Source of the DNA: Hydrolagus colliei
Lineage: Eukaryota
Direction: 5' to 3'
Assembly (NCBI GenBank): GCA_035084275.1
Contig: CM068744.1
Location: forward strand, 42,470,001 to 42,534,000
DNA: 64,000 nt
The notes beneath the pieces are model-generated. The model was not told the DNA's origin. It worked only from the letters and a program-made list of their open reading frames with translations, and made no database searches. The position numbers and the translations under genes are program-made. The stretch's first letter is position 1; every line of letters starts with the position of its first letter. Below, piece by piece: positions 34,783 through 47,768 of this stretch.

Positions 34783-35003
34783 CAGTAAAAACCCGTTTAT
34801 CCAGCACCCTTGGGACCTGGTCAATGCCGGTTAAAGCGTGTGTCGGATATTCGACCGAAACCCCCCCAAAAAAATTGTTTTTAAAAAAATGTAATGCATT
34901 TTTCCGGATAAATTCCAGTTAATCGAATGCGGACCTGTTTTTTGCGATGCCGGTTATATGGAAGTTATAGTTGATCTGGTGCCAGATTAATGGGCTTTTA
35001 CTG
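34783..35003. mobile_element. pogo/Tigger-type MITE
   Basis: TA|cagtaaaaacccgtttatc ... gattaatgggcttttactg|TA. Confidence 0.8.
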
Positions 35004-35029
35004 TACAAGGACAAAAAATGGGAGCTGCA

Positions 35030-35328
35030 GGAAGAAACTCAGGTTAGAGCACTCGCCTTACAAAAGTGAGACATCTGTTTGAATCAGGCAGGTTAGGGCG
35101 AAATCTTGGGCAAGTTTCCTTACTCCACATGCCTAATAATAATCCCTCAAAAAAAATTGTCATTTCAATCCATGACTGTTTGTGGGACACTGCTGTGTGT
35201 AATTGCCTGCCATGTTTTGCCCACAAGTATATAGTCAATTCACTTTACAGTATATTCTGTGAAGTGCTTTGAGACATCTAGAAGATATGAAAAGTGCTAT
35301 ATCAAATGCAAGAATTATTATTATTATC
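35030..35328 (+). mobile_element. tRNA-derived SINE
   Basis: Head remnant ggttagagcactcgcc, family core, (TTA)n tail. Confidence 0.85.
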
Positions 35329-35362
35329 AGTCCCACTCCACCTCAAAACTGCCATTATCAAC

Positions 35363-36454
35363 TAGGGTCCGTCGATATGGAAATTTTCCGATTTAGATAT
35401 ATCGATCGGCTCATATCGAGATATACCGAGATATCGATATTTTCTGGGTTTCCGTACTGCGCGTGTGCGCGCATCGCGAGCTGCGCGCGCATCACGAGGT
35501 GCGCGCGCATTCGGAGGTGCAAGCGCATTCAGGGCCTATCTCCTCAGGAGGTAAATATCTCTCTCTGTGTGTCTCTCACACTCACTCTCTCCATCTCTGT
35601 GTTTTTCAGTCTGTGTCTCTCTCCTCTCTCACATCCCCCCCATCTCTATCTATCTCTCTGTATATCAACACATTCACCCCATCTCCCCCCATCCGTTTGT
35701 CCCCACCCCTGCCGTCCCTCTCTCCCCCCACCCCCCGCCGCCGTCCCTCTCTCCCCCCAACCCCCCCGCCGCCGTCCCTCTCTCCCCCCATCCCCTCCAC
35801 CGCCGTCCCTCTCTCCCCCTCCGCCTCCATCCCTCCCTCTCTCCCCCCACCACCCCTCCGCCGCCGTCCCTCTCTCCCCCAACCCCCCCACGCCGTCATC
35901 CCTCTCGCCCCCCACCCACCCCACCGCCGTCCCTCTCTCCCCCCTACCGCCGTCCCTCTCTCTCCCCCCCCCTCCGCCGTTCCTCTCTACCCCCCCCCCG
36001 CCGCCGTTCCTCTCTACCCCCCCCCCCCCACCGTCCCTCTCTCCCCCCGCTGCTGTCCCTCTCTTTCCCCCTCCCGCCGTCCCTCTCGGCCCCCCACCCC
36101 CCTGCCGCTGTCCCTCTCTCTCCCCACCACCGCCGTTCCTCTCTCCCCCCGCCGCCGTTCCTCTCTTCCCCCCCTGCCGTCTTGCTCCCCCCCCCCCCCT
36201 CCTGCCATCTCCCTCCCCCACCACCCCTTGCATACCTGTATATTGTATTTGAGGACTATGAATACAGTATGGCGGCTTGCACCTCGGTCTGTGCATTGTG
36301 TATAGAGATGAGCATTCTGGGTCTTGTAGTTCAGTGTGCGTGCATTCCGATCTTTCCCGTCGATATATCGATATTTTGAAAATGTCTATATCGGCATATC
36401 GATATGAAAACTATATCGGATATAACAGATATATTGATATATTGCCAGACCTTA
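35363..36454 (+). mobile_element. hAT MITE family A with expanded C-rich minisatellite
   Basis: Ends tagggtcc... / ...agacctta; perfect 8-bp TSD ttatcaac (35355-35362, 36455-36462); cgatat subterminal repeats. Confidence 0.9.
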
Positions 36455-36462
36455 TTATCAAC

Positions 36463-37170
36463 CCACTCCTTAAAAAAGCTACCCTCGATCCCTCCAACTT
36501 CGGCCACAAACACCCTATCTCAACACACTACCTGCTCCTCCATGCAAAAGCTCTGGAACATGTTGTTGCCAATCAACTTTGTTCACACCTCTCCCTCCAC
36601 AACCAAATCGAACCCCTCCAGTCTGTTTGCCGCCCTGCCCACAGCACAGAGACAGCACTCATGAAAGTCACAATTGACTTTCTTCATCTACATGCTCCTT
36701 CTGTGTGATATCATCCAGAGAAATGGTGTTAACTTCCACATGTACGTGGATGAAACCCAACTCAATTTTTTCACCTTCAGTTGCGACTCCCCAGTCCTCT
36801 GATGTTCTGGTAGCTTATTGGACATCAACAGCACGTTAACAAAATGGAAGCCATCCTATTTTTATCCGTCAACATCTTCTATCCCACACTTCAAACCTCC
36901 TCAACCTATCCAACCTGTCTTTAGAAGTCTCCAGACCAATGTGCCACTTAGCCATCAGGTTAAATCCTCAGTTATCCTTTCTCCCCCACTTCCAGTCCCT
37001 CATCAGTCCTGCTTTCTTCCATCTCCGCCACGTTGCTCATCTACTTCAATACCTCACCCCAAAAACTACCAAAATGCTGTCCATTCCTTTGTCACCTCTC
37101 AGCTGGACTACTCCAATGCACTCCTCGCCGGTCTCCTCTCCTCCACCATTCACAATATTCAGCTCATTTA
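36463..37170 (+). mobile_element. Old L2 RT fragments
   Basis: PLLKKATLDPSNF...HSTETALMKV; HSFVTSQLDYSNALLAGL. Confidence 0.75.
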
Positions 37171-37384
37171 AGATTCATTGAAGGAGGGATGGGCAGGGTT
37201 TGGAGTATGAGGAGATTGGGAAGGAATGGCAGTTGGGAGTGAAGAGGCAGCTGAACAGATTGCCTTGATTTTGGACTCGAGGAAATTCAACTTCTCACAG
37301 TAAGAGTTAGTTAAATATAAACTACAAAATAGATACAAACTAAATAATAAATATAAAGACTGTAAATCGGATGAAATCCCAAAC

Positions 37385-37935
37385 CCGATTTGTTTGTGAT
37401 TTAACCTGTTTAACATATGCCCAACCCTGATCTATTCTGTCATGCCCCTTAATAATCTTATAGGTTTCCATAAGGTCACTTCTAATTCTTCTATATTCTA
37501 GAGAATATAGGCCTACATTACTCAACCTATCCTCATAGCTCAACCCCCTCATCCCAGGCACCAACCTAGCGAATCTAAGGCGAGTTGGTACTTTCTTCAA
37601 TAAAGAGACCAAAACTGCACACAATATTCTAGTTGCGGTCTCACCAAGTCCCAAAACAGTTGCAGCGACTTTCTTAATTATATATTCTCTATATTCTATA
37701 TATTATATATATATCCACTCCTATCTACATCTTATTGCATTTTTTAATGTCATCCTCGGTGCTTACTCTCCCACCTCATGTAATATCATCCGCGAATTAA
37801 AATTTTTCCTCATCTAGATCATTGATATAGATTGTAAATAATTGAGGCCCAAGCACTCATCCTTTTGGCACTCCACTAGTCACATCCTGCCAATCTGAGC
37901 TGGACCTGTTTATCCCTACTCTTTGTTTTCTTCCC
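37385..37935 (-). mobile_element. CR1 fragment
   Basis: LVPGMRGLSYEDRLSNVGLYSLEYRRIRSDLMETYKIIKG. Confidence 0.85.
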
Positions 37936-40330
37936 GTTAGCCACACTTTTGTTTTTCAAGGACCTTGGAAAGGAAGGGGAGGTTGGAGATGGGCCGGTAG
38001 CTTGATAGCTGTGACACATCAAGGGAAGGCTTTTTTAGGATGGGGGTGATGATGGCGGTTTTGAAGCGAGTGGGAACGGTCCCAGATGAGAGGGACAGGT
38101 TGATAGTGTCGGTGATTAGAGGGGCTAGAAGGTGGAGCTGGGTGGTGAGGTGAGTGGGGGTGGGATCAAGGGAGCAGGTGATGAGCTTCATTGAGGAGAT
38201 GGTCTCAATGATGGAGGATGGGGAGATGGGGTCGAAGATGTGGAGGGGGGGATGGGTAGGAGACGGGGTGTGGGGGGGAGGTGGGGAGGGGGTGGAAGGT
38301 GTGGGGAACTGCAGAGTGGATTCCCTCGATTTTGGTCACAAGGAAATCCAGCATCTCCTCGCAGCGGGAGTTCGAGGAGAGGCGAGGCTGGTTGGACGGA
38401 GGAGATAGTTGGTGGAGAAGAGAAACCGGGGGTTTTCCTTCACCTCCAGGATTATCTTGGAGTAGAAGGACAATTTGGCGGAGGATAGGGCGGAGCGGTA
38501 GGAAGATGTGAGGTCCAGCCAAATATGCTGGTGGATCGTGAGGCCGGATTTGAGCAAGGTGTGTTCAGCGGCCCACACCTGGCCCTTGACAGAACGAAGG
38601 TGCATGGTGAACCAAGGTGAGGTTCGGAAGTGGGAGGCAGTTCGGGAAGTGAGGGGGGCAAGAGTGTTGAATGTGGTGAAGAGGGTGTTGTTGAGCAGAG
38701 TGAGTGTGGAGGATGGGTTAGTGCAGGAGGTGGGCCAGAGGGAGAGGAGTTCGGAGGACTCCAAGGCAGCGGAGAGAGTTTGTGGAGGGATCTTCTTCCA
38801 TGGGCAGTAGAAGATGGTGGTAGGTTTGGGGGTAGAGGGGAGAGGATTAGAGGAGTTGAAAGAAATTAAGTGGTGGTCGGAGATGGCCTTGTCAGAGAAT
38901 GGTGACATCCGAGACGCTGAGGCCCCGGGTGATCACCAGGTTAAGCAGTGGATGTGGAGGGAGAGGGTGAGAGAGGAGAGGAGGGACGAGAATTCTGAGG
39001 AGGTGGAGCAGGAGGGGGTGAAGTGGAGATTAAAGTCGCCGAGGATGATGAGGCGATTGGAGGAGGCACAAAGGGAGACGAGGAGTGTGGAGAAGTCAGA
39101 GATGAAGGTTGGGAGGGTTTTCGGGGATGGTAAACATGGAGGATTTTGAGGGAAAGATGGGAGGAGTGGGAGAGGGTGAGGTGTTCAAAAGAGGGGAAGG
39201 AATCAGAGGAGTAGGGGGATTGAGCAAGTGGCTTCCTAGAGATGAGGGCCACGCCACCACCACGGCGGTTGGAGTGAGGGACGTGGGTGGGAGGTGTAGC
39301 CAGGTGGTGTGGCCTTTGTGAGGGGGAAGGTGTCTCCTGGAGTGATCCAGGTTTCAGTGAGGGCCATAATGTCAATGTTCTCATTGAGGATGGGATAGTT
39401 GATGGCCAGAGTCTTATTGCAGAGAGAACGGACATTTTGGAGCCAACGCGGAGGGAGCAGTTGGCAGAGGGATGTGAGAGGGGACTGGATTGGGCAGCAG
39501 GAGTGGAGGGGATGGGGATGAGAGAGGAGAGATTAGCCCCCACCAGATCTGTGTCGGGCGTGGCTGGCGGCGGTGGTGTGGAATGGGGCAGTGTGGCTGC
39601 TGCTGGACAGCCAAGGTCGAGTGCCACTGTGAACCCGGCGGAGGACTCCCAGGCTGGAGCAGAAGGAGGCTGTGGGAGGGTCGAGTGGGGACAGGAGGCA
39701 GGAAGGGCAGAGAGAGCAGTGCAGAGCAGGAGAGTTGCTGAGGGGGGCTGATGGGGGTTAGGCAGGGAGGAAGTGGGAGAGAAGGACAGGGTGGGAGTAG
39801 CGGATAGAGGGAGTTGGGAGGACAGACATTTCGGGTGGTGGGGGAGGCTTGGGTTGGGGCGGCAGCCAAAGTGCGCACGCAGGGAGCTGAGAACGAGGGA
39901 TCAGCGGGGTGGCATCATCCCAGAGGATGTGTGACCATGGCTAGGGGGTGACTAGCCAAGTCAGCCCTGCCATTGTCACCTGTTCTGTGGGTGGGGTGGG
40001 GGCTAGTGATCTGTTGTTAAAGGTTCTAGTTTTGTAATTCTTAATGCGCTGTTAGTGGAGATGAGGTCTTAATACTGATGCGCTGCTAGTCTAGTGTTTG
40101 GAGGTGATACGCTGTTAACGGTGGGGGTGGGGTTGCGCGGGTTCGGTTTTTTTTGTGACGTCGCGCCAACGTCACTTTTTTTTTTAGTATTCGCAGGTAG
40201 CTTACCCGTTTTAACTAGTTCCTCAATCACCCGCTCGCTCACTCAACACACAGTAACTCACCTCGGCCTATATACCTTCCTGGCAAGGCCTTGGCTCTGC
40301 CCCTCGATCACCCATTCGCTCACTCGGGAA
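37936..40330 (-). mobile_element. L2 LINE 5' portion (UTR-like region, endonuclease, start of RT)
   Basis: QNVRSL/NKTLAIH/ETW-type endonuclease motifs, SDHHLI, CSLDPTPT, TAIITPILKKPSLD...YRPISNLPFLSKVLE; CpG-rich 5' end near 40130-40260. Confidence 0.8.
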
Positions 40331-40898
40331 AGGTGGCAAGGGGCGGAAGCGGGGTACAGGGAAGGAGAGCAGGAAAGCTGACTGTATATTTGAGGGCAAA
40401 ACGCAGCAGCCAAATTGCGCACTGCGGTGTCCTACAAACAGTCGCGGAAATGGGGCCAGGGGAGAAAGGGGGGAAAAAAGGGTGAGGGGGGAGAGGGAGG
40501 GAAAGCCAATTGCTCACAGCCCAGTACAGCACAACCACCAAGAACAGGATTTCTCCCACTGAGTCCTATCAACAGGAGTCCTCCCAAAAGGATATGTGCG
40601 CAAATATGTGAACCAGGAGGTGCCAATGAGTTCAATAGCACACATTATTAATCTAAAGGATTGAGATGCCTGAGAAGTGAAAATCAAGCCTTTCAAAGAC
40701 AAATAAAAATGCCAGATGAAAAAGAGCAGGCTGATTAAATGAAAGGGTTAGAAGCATAGCTGCAATGCATACAGTAAGCATAGATTAAACAATATTTTGC
40801 AGCTTTGATTAGAGACAAGACATTAAATCTGCTGCACTGTGTATGTGTGTGTCTCACTCCTCGCCCTATGACAGTATGCACCTATTCACTGTTTACAG

Positions 40899-41234
40899 AG
40901 AAAAATCCTGTGCTGATACAAACTCCATCACATTTAAGTGTGACCAAGAGTGAGACGATCCGCTCACAATGTGTCTTGAAGAACCATGATATGCAGAAAA
41001 TACATCTAATATGGTACCAGCAGCGGCCTGGAGATTACAGAAAACGAATTATCATTCATTATCAGCAATCTTTTAAAAGGTTTGGTGTTGGGAATCGTTT
41101 CTATTCACTGAAACATCTCCCCGACAACAGCTGTTCTTTGCTCATCACTAGAGCAAAACTGTCAGACTCCGCTGTCTACACCTGTGGTATGTATGGAAAC
41201 ATCCTCGGAGCTGGGACTGTGGTAACAGTGACAG
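40899..41234 (+). CDS. V1 exon: antigen-receptor-type V domain with germline J-like strand
   Basis: cag| acceptor, 336 nt open, phase 1/1; (E)KNPVLIQTP...QC...WYQQRPG...LSDSAVYTCGMYGNILGAGTVVTVT; G|gtaagt donor. Confidence 0.9.
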
Positions 41235-41559
41235 GTAAGTAAACCATCATTAACATTGATATCAACAGAGTGAGAGTCACATAGGGAGAGAGACGGGTGG
41301 GGGTGGTCTCTGTTTGAGGGACTGCAGTTCTTCCTTCCCCACAACCAATCCCTACCAACTTTCCTCCAATTTCAACAGATTGCCTGCCTCTGGTTCTATC
41401 GCATTCCCATCATAGCCTAAAGTCTGACAAAGCCCATGCCTTTGTCAACTCCTCATTCAATTACTCCAATAAATAAAAACATAAAATAAAACAACAACAA
41501 AAATAAAAATTACATTTCTAGAGCACCTTTCACTAAGGGAGGACATCCTAAGCCACTGT

Positions 41560-42972
41560 CACCAAATAACAACAACAACAACAACAACTTGAACTTATAA
41601 AGCGCCTTTCACGTCGGGAGGACGTCCCAAGGGGAGTGTTCGGGAAGGGGTGAAACACATAGGGGAGGTCGAAAAGTTCGGGTGGGAACAAAAGGCACGG
41701 TCGAAGAGGAAAGTCTTCAAACCGGCTTTGAAAGAGGAAAGGGAAGAAACAAGACGGAGGGATTGAGGGATGGAATTTCACAAGGTGGGAGCGGAGAAAC
41801 TGAAAGCCCGGCCTCCAATGGTGGGGCGGTTCGGGCGGGGGGCTTGGAGCAGGCCAAGACCTGCTGAGCGGAGGGTCTGGGTGGGCTTATAGGGGAGAGT
41901 AGATCGGTTAAGTAGGGCGGGGCAAGGCCATGTAAGGCCTTGAAGGTGAGGACGAGGATCTTGAACTTGATCCTCTGGAGGATGGGGAGCCAGTGGAGAC
42001 GGGCGAGAGTGGGGGTTATGTGGTCGTGAAGGCAGGTGCGGGATAGTACACGGGCTGCAGAGTTTTGCATGACCTGCAGCCTGTGAATGGAGGAACTGGG
42101 GAGGCCGACGAGGAGAGTTTCTGTAGTCCAGCCGTGAGGTGATGTATGCGTGCACGAGTGTTTCGGCAGCGTGAGGGATGAGGTAGTTGCGGAGCCTGGC
42201 AATGTTGCGCAGGTGGAAATAAGCAGTGCCGGTCAAGGTGCGGATGTGGGGGAGGAAGGAAAATTTATGGTCGAACGTGATGCCGAGGTTCCTGACTGGC
42301 TTTGTGAGGTGGAGAGTACAGCCTTGGATGTTGAGGCTGGCAGCGCCTGATGTGCGGAGGCGCTGGCTTGAGCCAATCAGGAGGGCCTCGGTCTTGTTCA
42401 CGTTCAATTGGAGGAAGTTGTCCCTCGTCCAGGATTCAATGTCGGACAGACATGCTGTCAGAACATCGATGGTCTGGGGGTTGAGGGATGAGCCAGAAAG
42501 GTACAGCTGGGTGTCGTCCGCATACATGTGGAAATTTACCCCATGTTTGCGGATGACATCGCCCAGAGGGAGCGTGTAAATGGTGAAAAGGAGGGGGCCG
42601 AGGACAGAGCCCTGGGGGACACCGTGAAAAACGGTGCGGGGGTTTGAGTAGAAACCGTTGGAAGATACAAAATGTAGACGGTGGGTCAGGTAGGAATGGA
42701 ACCAGTCAAGGACTGTGCCTTGAAGGTTGAGGTGGGAGGAAAGACGTTGGAGGAGGATGGTGTGATCGACTGTGTCGAACGCAGCAGACAGGTCAAGGAG
42801 GACGAGGAGGCAGAGGGAGCCCTGGTCGCAGGGGGTTAAAATGTAATTAGTGACCTTGACCAGGGCAGTTTCCGTGCTGTGAGCAGGGCGGAAACCTGAT
42901 TGGAGGGGTTCAGGGAGTGAGTGAGTTGAGAGGAAAGAGCGGAGCTGGGAGGCAACCACTCTTTCAAGGACC
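41560..42972 (-). mobile_element. L2 LINE RT and 3' tail, nearly intact reading
   Basis: [10 protein letters not shown]...[11 protein letters not shown]...GVPQGSVLGPLLF...YADD; (CAA)n tail. Confidence 0.95.
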
Positions 42973-43097
42973 TGCAGTTGCTGAAAATCTGAAACTAAAA
43001 CAGAAATCACTAGGAACAACCAGCAGGTCAAGCAGCATCTATGGAGAAAGGAAAAGTGAGTCAATGTTTTGGGTCCACAACACTGCATCAGAACTCC
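42973..43097 (-). mobile_element. Penelope-type terminal repeat with degenerate hammerhead
   Basis: Homologous to 32635-32752; core reads CUGAUGC...AAAA. Confidence 0.6.
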
Positions 43098-43435
43098 AAT
43101 AAATATCCTTCTCACCGGTCTCCCTAACTCCACTACCCACGTATGATAATTGATTTTCAACTCTGTCATCTGAATTCTCAAACTTAGAAAACTCCTATAG
43201 GATTATTGTAATATTTTTATCATTATAATGACACCAGTACTCACTAGTCTCCACCTGCACACCACCTGCACCACCCCCACATCACCCCACCACCCCTATG
43301 TTCAGTGTCACACAGCCCTTTCCTGTACTGTAACTAAGTGCCTGTGCTTAGTGTGACAAGTTTTTGCTCCAAAACATTAACACAATAGAGTACAAACAAT
43401 AATATATCTTGCAATTTTTTTTCTCAAAGTTTCAG

Positions 43436-43771
43436 ATAAACCTGAGCTCATTCAATTCCCGACCGTGCAACGTGTCACAGAGGGACACCCAGCCCGGTTA
43501 CAGTGCACCATGGAGAGGATCAACGTGAGCAGCACCGATGTACACTGGCACCGACAAACTGGAAAGCAGATATTATGGATTTTATCACATAGTAAAAATG
43601 ACAAGGTAATAGTCAGAGAAGAATTAACTCAGCGACTCCAGTCATCCAGAGTCATTTCCAATAACACCTACATTCTGAACCTCGCAGCCGTGACAGCCAG
43701 TGATGCTGCCATCTATTTCTGCTCTATGTTGGACGATATCTGGGGAGATGGGACCCAGCTGAACATAACCA
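43436..43771 (+). CDS. V2 exon: VJ-type domain
   Basis: Polypyrimidine tract plus tttcag|, 336 nt open, phase 1/1; (D)KPELIQFP...LQC...VHWHRQ...DAAIYFCSMLDDIWGDGTQLNIT; A|gtgagt donor. Confidence 0.9.
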
Positions 43772-43904
43772 GTGAGTAAATTTATACGGTGTCTATATTT
43801 TACCATCTGATTTCAGTTCATAAAATTTCCACAGTAGGTACACACCTTAAACCTACACTGTGTGTAGGTACACACGCTAAACTCACGCTGTGTGTAGGTA
43901 CACA

Positions 43905-44700
43905 ATAACAACAACAATATTACATTGGTAGAACGCCTTTCACGATGGGAGGCCATCCTTATATTGGCTCTGGATCTCCCTTCCTTACTCCCTTCACCTC
44001 GACCCCTCTCTTCCTATTTTCAGGTCTCGGCTACAAAACTTTCTTTTCGACTCCGCTTTTGGCCACATTTTTCCACCTCCCCCTGGTTCGGCCCTGGGAA
44101 CCATTATTTGGAAACACTCTGATACGCCATCTGGCGAGGAAAGCGCTATATAAATCCAAGTTGCTGTTGTTGTTGTTAAACTTCACACCCGAAACTCACA
44201 GAGGCACAGGTAGTGAATTGGGGAATGAGGAGATTGGAGAGATAGGGAGATGCCGCAGAGTGTGTGGATTTGAACATGATTGTGAGGATCTTGAAGTCAA
44301 TCCATTTGGAGATGGGGAGTCAGTGGATTGTGGCCAGAAATGGTGAGTTGTGGGTACGGAGTTTAATCCAGGTATGCATGCAGAGTTTAAAATGAGCTGT
44401 AATTTTTGAATAGTGGGGACACTGACAAGAAATGCTGTTGAATAATCCAGTCTGAAGGTGACAAGTAGGCTCAAGGGTTTCAGTTTTATGACACACTGCC
44501 TGTCAGACATTAATTCCTTTCTACAGCTGAATGGCAACAAGACCCATCTGATTGGCTCGCCCCAGCAGCTCTGCGCTTCAGATATTGGCACCATCAGCAA
44601 CCATGGATGCACACTCCACCACACTAAGCCAGTCAGGAACCAGGGCATCTTGTTTGCACCTCAACTGTCCTTTCTCCCCCATATTTGTACCATGACCCGA
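43905..44700. mobile_element. Cluster of short L2 fragments in both orientations
   Basis: L2 tails at 43905-44175; RT C-terminal relics 44190-44700. Confidence 0.65.
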
Positions 44701-45283
44701 TAATAATCCTTCAAGAAAAAAATAGTAAATTGGTCATTTGAATCCATGAATGTTTGTGGGACACTGCTGTGCGCAATTGACTGCTGCTTTTCAACCAGTC
44801 AATACAGTCAATTACTTTCACAGTATATTCTGTGAAGCACTTTGAGACATCTACAAGACATGAAAATCGCTATATCAAATGCAAGGATTATTATTATTAT
44901 AATGACCAGCACTGCCTTCCACCACCTCTGAAACATTGCCTGTCTCTGCCATTGCCTCACCCCTCAGGCCACCGAAAGCCTCAAGGCTTGACTACAACAA
45001 CAACAACAAAATTACACTTGTACAGTGCCTTTCACGTCAGGAGGACCTCCCAAGGCACTGAACACTCATTGCTTCAGAACTGAGCTGGGGCCTAGGACGG
45101 GTAGGGTGGAAGGAAAGTGGGGATTTGTGGTGATCGATTGCACCGTTGATGAGGAGGTCTTGAGGTGGCACTTGAAGGAGGCCATGGAGGGGTTGAGACT
45201 GCAGAAACTCCCTCCTCCTGACCCTTGACTCTTCAGAAACTTGAGATGTCCTCCTGATGTGAAAGGTGCCCAGAGCATTGTGT

Positions 45284-45455
45284 GGAGTCCTGTAGCTCAG
45301 TGGTTAGAGCACTCACCTTACAAAAGTGAGACATGTGTTCGAGTCCAGGCAGGTCAGGCCGAAACCTTGGGCAAGTTTCCTTACTCCACACACCTGATAA
45401 GAACTCCTAAAACTGTAATTGGTCATTTCAATCCATGACTGTTTGTGGGACACTA
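45284..45455 (+). mobile_element. tRNA-derived SINE, 5' part
   Basis: tagctcagtggttagagca A box, gttcgagtcc B box, followed by SINE body. Confidence 0.8.
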
Positions 45456-45694
45456 GCTTTTATATTACTAATAATGATTTACTGTGAATGTTGGATCATA
45501 CTTAAATTGTATTACCATAAAAAATAAAATATTACTTAAGTGGATGTCCCGTTTTCGTAATTGGCACACTTTTTCATTCATGATATCATCTTGTAAAATC
45601 CTCAATGTATAAATAAAAATTGAAACAATTAAATTCTCTTGTTGCTTGGGATGAGCAGAGATGTGACTGCAGCTGTACTTTGTTGTTTTGGTGG

Positions 45695-46890
45695 TTTACC
45701 TTTCCCATCACATCCACTCTGCCACCCATGTTCACGGCACTCACTTGACCTGGTGATCATCCGGGGCCTCAGTGTCACGCATGTCACCATCACTGACAAG
45801 GCCATCTCTGACTATCATATTACTTATTTTCTTTCAACTCCTCTAGCCTTCTCCCCACTTCCTCCAATCCTACCACCATCATCTACCACCCTTGGAAGAT
45901 CTCCTCACAATCCCTCTCCACAGCCTTGGAGTCCTCTGAACTCCTCTCCCTCTGGCCCACATCCTGCACCGATCAATCCTCCGCACGCGCTCTCCTCCAC
46001 AATACCCTTTCCACAACAGTTGATGCCCCTGCCCCACTCACTTCCTGAACCGCCTCCTACTCTTGAACCTCACCCTGGTTTACCATCCACTTCCGCTATG
46101 TGGGCCGCTGAACGCACCTGTCTCAAATCTGGTCTAACGGTCCACCGGCACATCTGGCAGAACCAAATCAAAACCTATTGCTCTGCTCTGGCCTCCGCCA
46201 AACCACACTTCTACTCCTGGATAATCCTGGAGTAGAAGGACAACCCCAAACTCCCATTCTCTACAACCAACCAGCTCCTCCGCCCTTCCTGCCTCGCCTC
46301 ACAGATCCTCTCCTCCAACTCCCACCGTGAGGACATGCTGGATTTCCTTGAGTCCAAAATTGAGGGAATCTGCTCAACAGTCACTGCTCTTCCAACTTCC
46401 ACCCCCTCCGCACCTCCTCTCCACACTCTGACTCCTGCTCATTCCACACATTCAAACCTGTCTCCCCATAACCTCCGTGAAGCCCACCAACTGCTCCCTG
46501 GACCCCATCCCCAGCCCTCTCATTGCCTCCCAACTACACCTCCTTCCCCCACTATTTTCTGACCTACTCAACCTATCCCTTTCATCCGACTTCGTTCCCA
46601 CCCCACTCAAAACAGCCACCATCACCCCCATCCTCAAGAAACCTTTCCTTGATGTGTCGCAGCTCTCAAGCTACCGACCCATCCCCAACCCCCCTTCCTG
46701 TCAAAGGTGCTTGAAAGAGTCACTGCCTCCCAGCTTTCCTCTTTTCTCTCATCGCACTCGCTCCACGAGCCAGTCCAATCAGGTTTCTGTACTGCCCACA
46801 GCACAGAAACTGCCCTGGTCAAGGTCACTAATGATATCTTGACCATCTGTGACCAGGCTCCTTCGGCCTCTTCATCATCCTTGACCTATC
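45695..46890 (+). mobile_element. L2 fragment (endonuclease end to RT start)
   Basis: HSLDLVIIRG...DKAISDYH; CSLDPIP; [15 protein letters not shown]. Confidence 0.85.
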
Positions 46891-47768
46891 TATCTTCTAA
46901 CTCACGGGACTCTAACCTGATCTTGTTAGAAGAGTTTGCGGAACTCTAACCTGAATAGATGGGACTCCAACCAAAAAAAAAACTGGGACTCTAACCCGTT
47001 TTTTAAAAATTGTTTAGGTTGTGTGTTACTGCCAGAAGTTTAAACGCTGTTCCAGTCCCTGCCTGATCTCTTTTCTCCCCAAAAAGTGGGCTCACCTCGT
47101 GATCCTGTCAGGCCCCTAAGAACATGTACTGCCCGTATACACAAAACTGTTTCTTTTAGGACTAGCTATACCCCCATGTAACATACATGGCCTAGTGTTT
47201 TTGAACACGTTTATTCATATTTTTGAAACTTTTTAAAAATAATGTATTTGTTGTTTACAAAAAATGGGTGAGCTTGAATCACTGAGTTGTTTTTCTTTGC
47301 TGTTGTTTTTAAGCTATATTAGTTTTTGTTTTCCTTTTAGAAGTTCATTGTTACAATTTCAGAAACATACCTAAGCCTTTTATATATATAGATTCTGTGA
47401 AGCGCTTTGAGACGTCTCAATGACACGATAAGGCGCTGTATATATGCAATGATTATTATTATTATTATTACCACATTATTTCAACTCTAACCAGGCAAGT
47501 GAATTGCCGCTGTGTCTCACTGTGTATCTCTCACAAACACACACAGGCAGCTCAGCTCCTCTCTCTGCTGTATCATCAGGTTTGAACCAGCGCCATCCGT
47601 GTCAGGAGGATACCATTGCGGAAACATACCGAAGGCTTTTATATACAGTACTGTACATAGATTCCTTTAATAGGTGTGTTTATTTACAAACAGACATTAT
47701 TCCTAACTTATGTGACTGTTTTTACTCTTCACCGATCAACATGTAATCAATATACTACTATTTGTTGG

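Noticed and set aside
40835-40841. cactgtg heptamer upstream of V1 (also 53875-53881 after V3)
   Set aside because: No acceptable nonamer at 12/23 spacing (best 6/9 at 22 bp); position does not fit a coding-segment border
41778-43181. 467-aa ORF as a host gene (likewise other RT-like ORFs)
   Set aside because: L2 reverse transcriptase fragment fused by chance to flanking sequence; 5'-truncated retrocopy
45288-45350. tRNA gene (also other A/B-box heads)
   Set aside because: No acceptor stem closure or terminator; continues into SINE body
45650-45692. Second leader exon for V3 (MSRDVTAAVLCCFG)
   Set aside because: Hydrophobic core too short, poor donor, runs straight into an L2 fragment
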